Under the pieces are notes generated by a model, which had not been told where the DNA came from, did not search any database, and was given only the letters and a program-made list of their open reading frames with translations. The position numbers and the translations under genes were made by a program. 19,208 nucleotides of DNA from an uncultured cyanobacterium (GTDB lineage Bacteria; Cyanobacteriota; Cyanobacteriia; Cyanobacteriales; FACHB-T130). This document shows, piece after piece, positions 15,302 to 19,208 of this stretch (position 1 is the first letter of the stretch; every line of letters starts with the position of its first letter). The DNA lies in assembly GCA_936920195.1 (NCBI GenBank), contig CAKZHE010000145.1, positions 1-19,208 of the forward strand, given 5' to 3'.

Positions 15302-16191
15302 TGATGAGCAGGTAACGGTTGAAAAGCGCCGCGATTTTCCAGACTTTCTACAATTGATTGTACCGAGTCTCCAACCATGAGCGATCGCAACAGATCCAAT
15401 CTCGTCCGACTATGATTTTCCGTATCCAATTCTTGCAAAATTTGAATCTTCTGCTTCCGGGAAAGATGTCCTTTCACCTGTTCAATTGCCCCCAACACAT
15501 TTTGAGGTCCCACTTGCACCATCAACAAAAACCGTGACAACAAATCAATGATATTTCCTCGACTAGATGGTGACAGGGAAATTTGATGAAACAGAATATT
15601 TCCGGTACTGTGATGTCGCGCTTCTGCTTGCAAAAAACTCCGAAACACCTCTGCCAAAGGTTGATGATGACATTCTTTCGCCAGTCGGCGGTAATGGCTC
15701 AATCCCCATCCTTCCAAAACCACTTGCAGCACAAACAATAATACCGTTTTATCCGCATCTTCAATGACTTCTGCCAGTAAAGATAAAAACGGATCTTGAC
15801 TATTAGTTAGTTCTGATTCTGGACAGAAATAGCTCAAATGACTAAGATGAATAGTTTCATCAGCCGTAAACAATCCATAAAGCATCCGCTCCTCAATTGT
15901 TTCTGCTAGCAATACCATTTTCGCCATATAGCCCACCCCAGCTTTTTCGATGAAATATGCCTCTTCTAAAAGGCTGCGATTGGCAATTTCTACCATCGCC
16001 AATTGTTCGGCTGTACTAGCTTCTTGAAAAATTTTTACTTGGGGCAAATTAAAAAATGAAGCATCCCAATAAGTAGCGGGCAAATTGGGAGAATTTTTGC
16101 TGCCATTCTGATTTGGTAATGCCGCTGCCAGCACTTTCCGCAATCGGTTATCAGCATTGATATGGGGCAAATCAATTTCAAGCATTGGCAA
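15289..16191 (-). CDS. ferritin-like di-iron carboxylate protein (second putative oxygenase)
   Basis: 300-aa ORF. Twin E...EXXH pattern: LEEAYFIEKAG ... ADETIHLSH and VLEGWG ... QAEARHH. It is not ADO and not AcsF (see rejected). Confidence 0.5.
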   Translation of the reverse strand: MPMLEIDLPHINADNRLRKVLAAALPNQNGSKNSPNLPATYWDASFFNLPQVKIFQEASTAEQLAMVEIANRSLLEEAYFIEKAGVGYMAKMVLLAETIEERMLYGLFTADETIHLSHLSYFCPESELTNSQDPFLSLLAEVIEDADKTVLLFVLQVVLEGWGLSHYRRLAKECHHQPLAEVFRSFLQAEARHHSTGNILFHQISLSPSSRGNIIDLLSRFLLMVQVGPQNVLGAIEQVKGHLSRKQKIQILQELDTENHSRTRLDLLRSLMVGDSVQSIVESLENRGAFQPLPAHQCVF

Positions 16192-16197
16192 TCCTAA

Positions 16198-17247
16198 TTA
16201 GTTTTCCGAAAAAGAATGAGAGCGTTCAAGTTTATCCTGGCTTTCAACAGCTTGCCATGTCCCCCAAGTCAGGGCTTTTTGGTGATTAACGTGCTGAATA
16301 AATTGTAAAATTGAGCGATCGGCAATTGTGGGAGTTTTGAGATCGAATTGAATTGTTTGAAATACTTGAGTATCTCCAGTAGCAAAGTAATTTCCTACCT
16401 GCTGAGTTACCCAAAGTAAAAACCGATTCACCGCCCATCCCCAACATCCCAACCGCTTAGGTGTCACCAGAATAGTTTGCCCTTCAGTTTTACCATCCTC
16501 CATCATTCTTAGGGCAAATATAATATAGAAATGCAGAAGATCTGGACCGAGGGTGACAGTTCCCGTACTACCATACCAATAGCACATACTATAGGTAACT
16601 TCCTGACGGTATAGAGGACGAATTAAACGGATTAACCAAGATTCATCTCCTCCCCGCGTAGTATTGCTAAAAGTCACTGCATTAGGATTGAGATCTTGCT
16701 GTTCAAAGACAATTTTCAAAGGTAAATTGTGGACGGTATTAAAGTGATGAGCATCAATGGCATTAATCAGTAAGACATTAGGATGGCAATTTTTAATAAA
16801 GTGAGTTCCCAAAATATAATCGCAATCTATTTCTGCTAATTCCGGAACAAAAGGTAACGAACTTGGCATTTCTTCTCCTGCCCAAACCCAAATCATCCCA
16901 TATTTTTCGGCGGTATGCCAGGTTTTGAGACATACAGGTAAAGGATTTTTTTGTGAGGGAATATCTACACAAATTCCCTGCTCGTTATATTTCCAATTAT
17001 GGAAAAAGCAGCGAATACCATCGCCGTCTACTTTGCCTTCCGCTAGATGAGCGCCCATGTGCGGGCAATAGGCATCTATCGCCACCACTTTACCGCTATT
17101 TCCGCGATAAATGGCTAAGTTTTTGCCTAGTAGCTTCAGGGGTTTAACTTGGCGGATTTTTAATTTTCGGGATGGTAGCGCCCAGTACCATCCCTCAACG
17201 AATTGGCAGGGATTATTGAAGGTGGATTGTGCTATAGTAGAAGACAT
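16198..17247 (-). CDS. Rieske [2Fe-2S] non-heme iron oxygenase, first gene of the cluster
   Basis: 349-aa ORF. Rieske motif CPH-X16-CFFH (YCPHMGAHL...IRCFFHNW). Iron motif NAIDAHHFNTVH (D-x2-H-x4-H). Confidence 0.8.
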   Translation of the reverse strand: MSSTIAQSTFNNPCQFVEGWYWALPSRKLKIRQVKPLKLLGKNLAIYRGNSGKVVAIDAYCPHMGAHLAEGKVDGDGIRCFFHNWKYNEQGICVDIPSQKNPLPVCLKTWHTAEKYGMIWVWAGEEMPSSLPFVPELAEIDCDYILGTHFIKNCHPNVLLINAIDAHHFNTVHNLPLKIVFEQQDLNPNAVTFSNTTRGGDESWLIRLIRPLYRQEVTYSMCYWYGSTGTVTLGPDLLHFYIIFALRMMEDGKTEGQTILVTPKRLGCWGWAVNRFLLWVTQQVGNYFATGDTQVFQTIQFDLKTPTIADRSILQFIQHVNHQKALTWGTWQAVESQDKLERSHSFSEN

Positions 17248-17509
17248 CTCTTTATTTAAAATTTCAATTATACAACAATAGTGATGTGCCTTAACTCAAT
17301 CTATGGCAATGAGCGATCGCCGTCCCATTAAGCAGATACGTCATCCACTCAGAATCCCCGCAACTTTATCGCTGTTATGCGTGCCACAAATTCATCGCCA
17401 CCATCTTCAAAAGGTTCTATTATTTTAAATATAGCGATCGCTTTTAGCAATCTAGCAATGTTACGATGCTGTTACGATCGCATCCAGTTCCGCTATTGAT
17501 GGTTGAAAC

Positions 17510-18946
17510 ATGGATAAAAACAGTCCAGAAAATACCTATCGGCAACAAGTTCTGCAAGAACAAGAAGAAGTTGCTCGTCAGTTGAAAAAAAACAGCATCA
17601 ATGCCCCACAGTCCTTGGCATCGGGGAGTAACATTAGAGGAATTACCCAGACAAATAAAGCGATTGATTATCGCATTACGGGCTTTTGGTTCTGGCGTAG
17701 TGTGGTTGTTCCGCCTAATGTTTATGTGATTCATACCAGACAAGGAAAGAGCGAACCCATCCATATTGGCATGGGCATTTCCTTCCGCTTCAATCCCCTG
17801 AGCGATGCCTTTCTGGTCATCCCCTCCTCCGTACAAACTATCCTAATTAATGCTAATTGTATTTCTATTGAGCGACAAGGGGTATTAGTCCAAGCTTACC
17901 TGCAATGGATTATTGGCGATATCAAAATCGCCTACTGGAAATTGGATTTTTCCGATCCTGGCGATCCGATGGGCATTGTCAATTTGCAACTGAAAGAACA
18001 AGCTGAAGCTGCGATTAAAGATAAAGTTGCTACCATGAGTATTGACGAGATTCTCAGCGATAAACAACCGATTATTGAAGAACTAACTCGTCGGTTGAAA
18101 GCAGTTGCTGAGGGCAGTAGAGAAGACAGCGGGACATCGGGTGGATTAGGGTTGAAAATTGTCACAATTCAGATTAAGGAAGCTGTAGTAAGTTCGACTC
18201 GATTGTGGCAAAATCTGCAAGCTCCTTTTCGTGCCGAAAGAGAAAGATTAGCGCGTCTGGCAGAATTAGCGAGCCATCAAGCGATCGCTGCTCAAGAATT
18301 GGAAAACCAGATTACTTCCCAAAGATCGGAATTAAATGCCCAAAGCGAACTTGAACAACTGCGCTCTGAACAAGATCGCCGGAAGTACGATCGAGAACAG
18401 AGCGAAAATCAGCGCCGTCACTCCCTTGAACAAGAGGCAGCCCGACAAAAACTGATCGAAGAAAATCAAACTATTCAGGCACGTAATGAAGCTAAATTAG
18501 CATTAGTTCTCCAAGAATTAGAGTTGGAAAAACGCAAGATTACCGCAGAAATTGAGCAAGTAGAACAGCAAATGCAGTTAGATGCAGTGGAACGACAAAA
18601 AGAACTGGCAAAAATTACGGCTGAACTGGAAATTAAAGAGAGATATAATTTAGCTGAATTTACCCAGAAGCGAAGGGAATTGGTATTGGCTAAACAACAG
18701 CAGGACATTGAAAACGATCTTTCAGCAACTTATCTACAATCGGAATTAATTGCTAAGTTGCCCGAAATTGCCGAAAACCTGCCGACTGCCCAAGAACAAC
18801 GCACAACCATTATTGCCACTGATGGCAAAGAGGGGGGAGGAATGACGCAATTATTAACTTTTGTTGCCAGCGCCCTGAGTTTAACCCAAAATTTTCTGAG
18901 CCAAGCTAATTCAGGAAATCAAAGTATAGAAAAGGTCGATGAATAA
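17510..18946 (+). CDS. flotillin-like SPFH/band-7 domain protein with a long EA/Q-rich coiled coil
   Basis: 478-aa ORF. SPFH-like N-terminal half (VVVPPNVYVIHTRQGK...). Flotillin-type C-terminus: LIAKLPEIAENLP...TTIIATDG. It lacks the N-terminal TM hairpin typical of FloT. Confidence 0.75.
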   Translation: MDKNSPENTYRQQVLQEQEEVARQLKKNSINAPQSLASGSNIRGITQTNKAIDYRITGFWFWRSVVVPPNVYVIHTRQGKSEPIHIGMGISFRFNPLSDAFLVIPSSVQTILINANCISIERQGVLVQAYLQWIIGDIKIAYWKLDFSDPGDPMGIVNLQLKEQAEAAIKDKVATMSIDEILSDKQPIIEELTRRLKAVAEGSREDSGTSGGLGLKIVTIQIKEAVVSSTRLWQNLQAPFRAERERLARLAELASHQAIAAQELENQITSQRSELNAQSELEQLRSEQDRRKYDREQSENQRRHSLEQEAARQKLIEENQTIQARNEAKLALVLQELELEKRKITAEIEQVEQQMQLDAVERQKELAKITAELEIKERYNLAEFTQKRRELVLAKQQQDIENDLSATYLQSELIAKLPEIAENLPTAQEQRTTIIATDGKEGGGMTQLLTFVASALSLTQNFLSQANSGNQSIEKVDE

Positions 18947-18977
18947 GAAATGAAAAATCAATAACTTCATTATAATC

Positions 18978-19023
18978 GTAGGTTGGGTTGCGCGACAGCA
19001 AAACCCAACAAACCACTTAATCA
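18978..19023. repeat. dispersed hairpin repeat, copy B
   Basis: Identical over 36 nt to 7930-7965, and similar through acttaW. It lies directly downstream of the flotillin stop and just upstream of the IS left end. Confidence 0.7.
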
Positions 19024-19029
19024 AAGCGC

Positions 19030-19208
19030 GATCGCCCTACTTTTATCAGAGAAATGGGTTTTAAACCCCGTCCTTCTAGGACGGCTTGATATTTCTTGAT
19101 TTTTTGCCCCAATTCTATGCTAAAATAGTCCCGATAAAATTCAGCCCAACCATGTTAGTTCTCGAAGCCAAACTCAAAGGTAAAACAGAGCAGTACGGAC
19201 TCATAGAT
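19030..19208 (+). mobile_element. IS200/IS605-family (IS1341-type, tnpB-only?) element: left end plus the 5' part of tnpB, truncated by the window edge
   Basis: Subterminal hairpin ccgtcc-ttcta-ggacgg (around 19068-19084). The tnpB start follows about 70 nt later. Confidence 0.55.
19152..19208 (+). CDS. tnpB: TnpB/OrfB (RNA-guided endonuclease of the IS200/IS605 family), N-terminal 19 codons only
   Basis: ATG at 19152. The translation MLVLEAKLKGKTEQYGLID matches the highly conserved TnpB N-terminus (MLxxxYKLKxxxxQ). Confidence 0.6.
   Translation, partial: MLVLEAKLKGKTEQYGLID

Noticed and set aside
15289-16191. Identity as aldehyde-deformylating oxygenase (ADO) or AcsF cyclase
   Set aside because: It has the EXXH x2 pattern, but the sequence does not resemble the ADO or AcsF sequences I recall. 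Its length and context differ.
11654-17247. Saxitoxin (sxt) cluster fragment
   Set aside because: Only the tailoring-type enzymes (Rieske, ferredoxin, desaturase-like) are present. SxtA, SxtG and SxtB-like core genes are absent, and the cluster is bounded by unrelated genes.
16198-17247. Chlorophyllide a oxygenase (CAO) or PAO identity for the Rieske proteins
   Set aside because: The size is compatible, but there is no C-terminal CxxC (PAO/Tic55) and no chlorophyll-related neighbours. The family cannot be assigned from motifs alone.
1082-18708. Many short track ORFs lying antisense or out of frame inside larger genes (1082..1300, 2482..2850, 2763..2951, 3629..3844, 4596..4850, 5134..5358, 5508..5723, 7651..7869, 9167..9370, 9179..9373, 11162..11434, 12503..12838, 12908..13093, 13142..13354, 14086..14349, 15567..15767, 16953..17147, 17444..17836, 17885..18067, 17932..18165, 18475..18708)
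   Set aside because: Each is fully embedded in a longer ORF that has clear domain signatures. Their compositions are shadow-frame-like with no motifs.

Overview
This is a cyanobacterial chromosomal segment. It carries many HIP1 octamers (GCGATCGC, e.g. 1504-1511, 3045-3052, 4727-4734, 8231-8238) and an STRR-like heptamer tandem array at 6260-6402.

Gene order, left to right:
- An unlisted 50-aa sORF with a strong SD (255-407).
- A nested palindromic element (505-588) and a terminator hairpin (595-630).
- A phytol/polyprenol-kinase-like membrane protein (-).
- yidD.
- An AT-rich (~30% GC), two-gene island (1790-4140). It encodes a 150-aa protein and a 495-aa single-TM protein with a C-terminal PDZ domain. 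Both share a G/I/V beta-repeat motif.
- A housekeeping block: a VanX/DdpX-type D-Ala-D-Ala dipeptidase, a DUF3110 protein and MurQ.
- An S2P/M50 (EGY-like) membrane metalloprotease homologue whose HExxH is degenerate (YEIGR).
- A standalone 193-aa hypothetical.
- A compact minus-strand operon-like cluster (8746-17247) of about 9 genes, rich in redox tailoring enzymes: two Rieske non-heme-iron oxygenases, a plant-type 2Fe-2S ferredoxin, two ferritin-like dimetal-carboxylate proteins (one AurF/CylC-like), a membrane fatty-acid-hydroxylase/sterol-desaturase-family enzyme, a membrane-anchored hexapeptide-repeat acyltransferase, a GH3-family acyl-adenylate amido synthetase and a membrane hypothetical. 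No scaffold-forming synthase is present.
- A divergent flotillin-like SPFH protein.
- A ~45-nt hairpin repeat found twice (7930-8010 and 18978-19023).
- The left end and first 19 codons of an IS200/IS605-family tnpB (19152 to window end).

The most plausible candidate for a new system is the oxygenase/GH3/acyltransferase cluster. The AT-rich TM-PDZ island is second.
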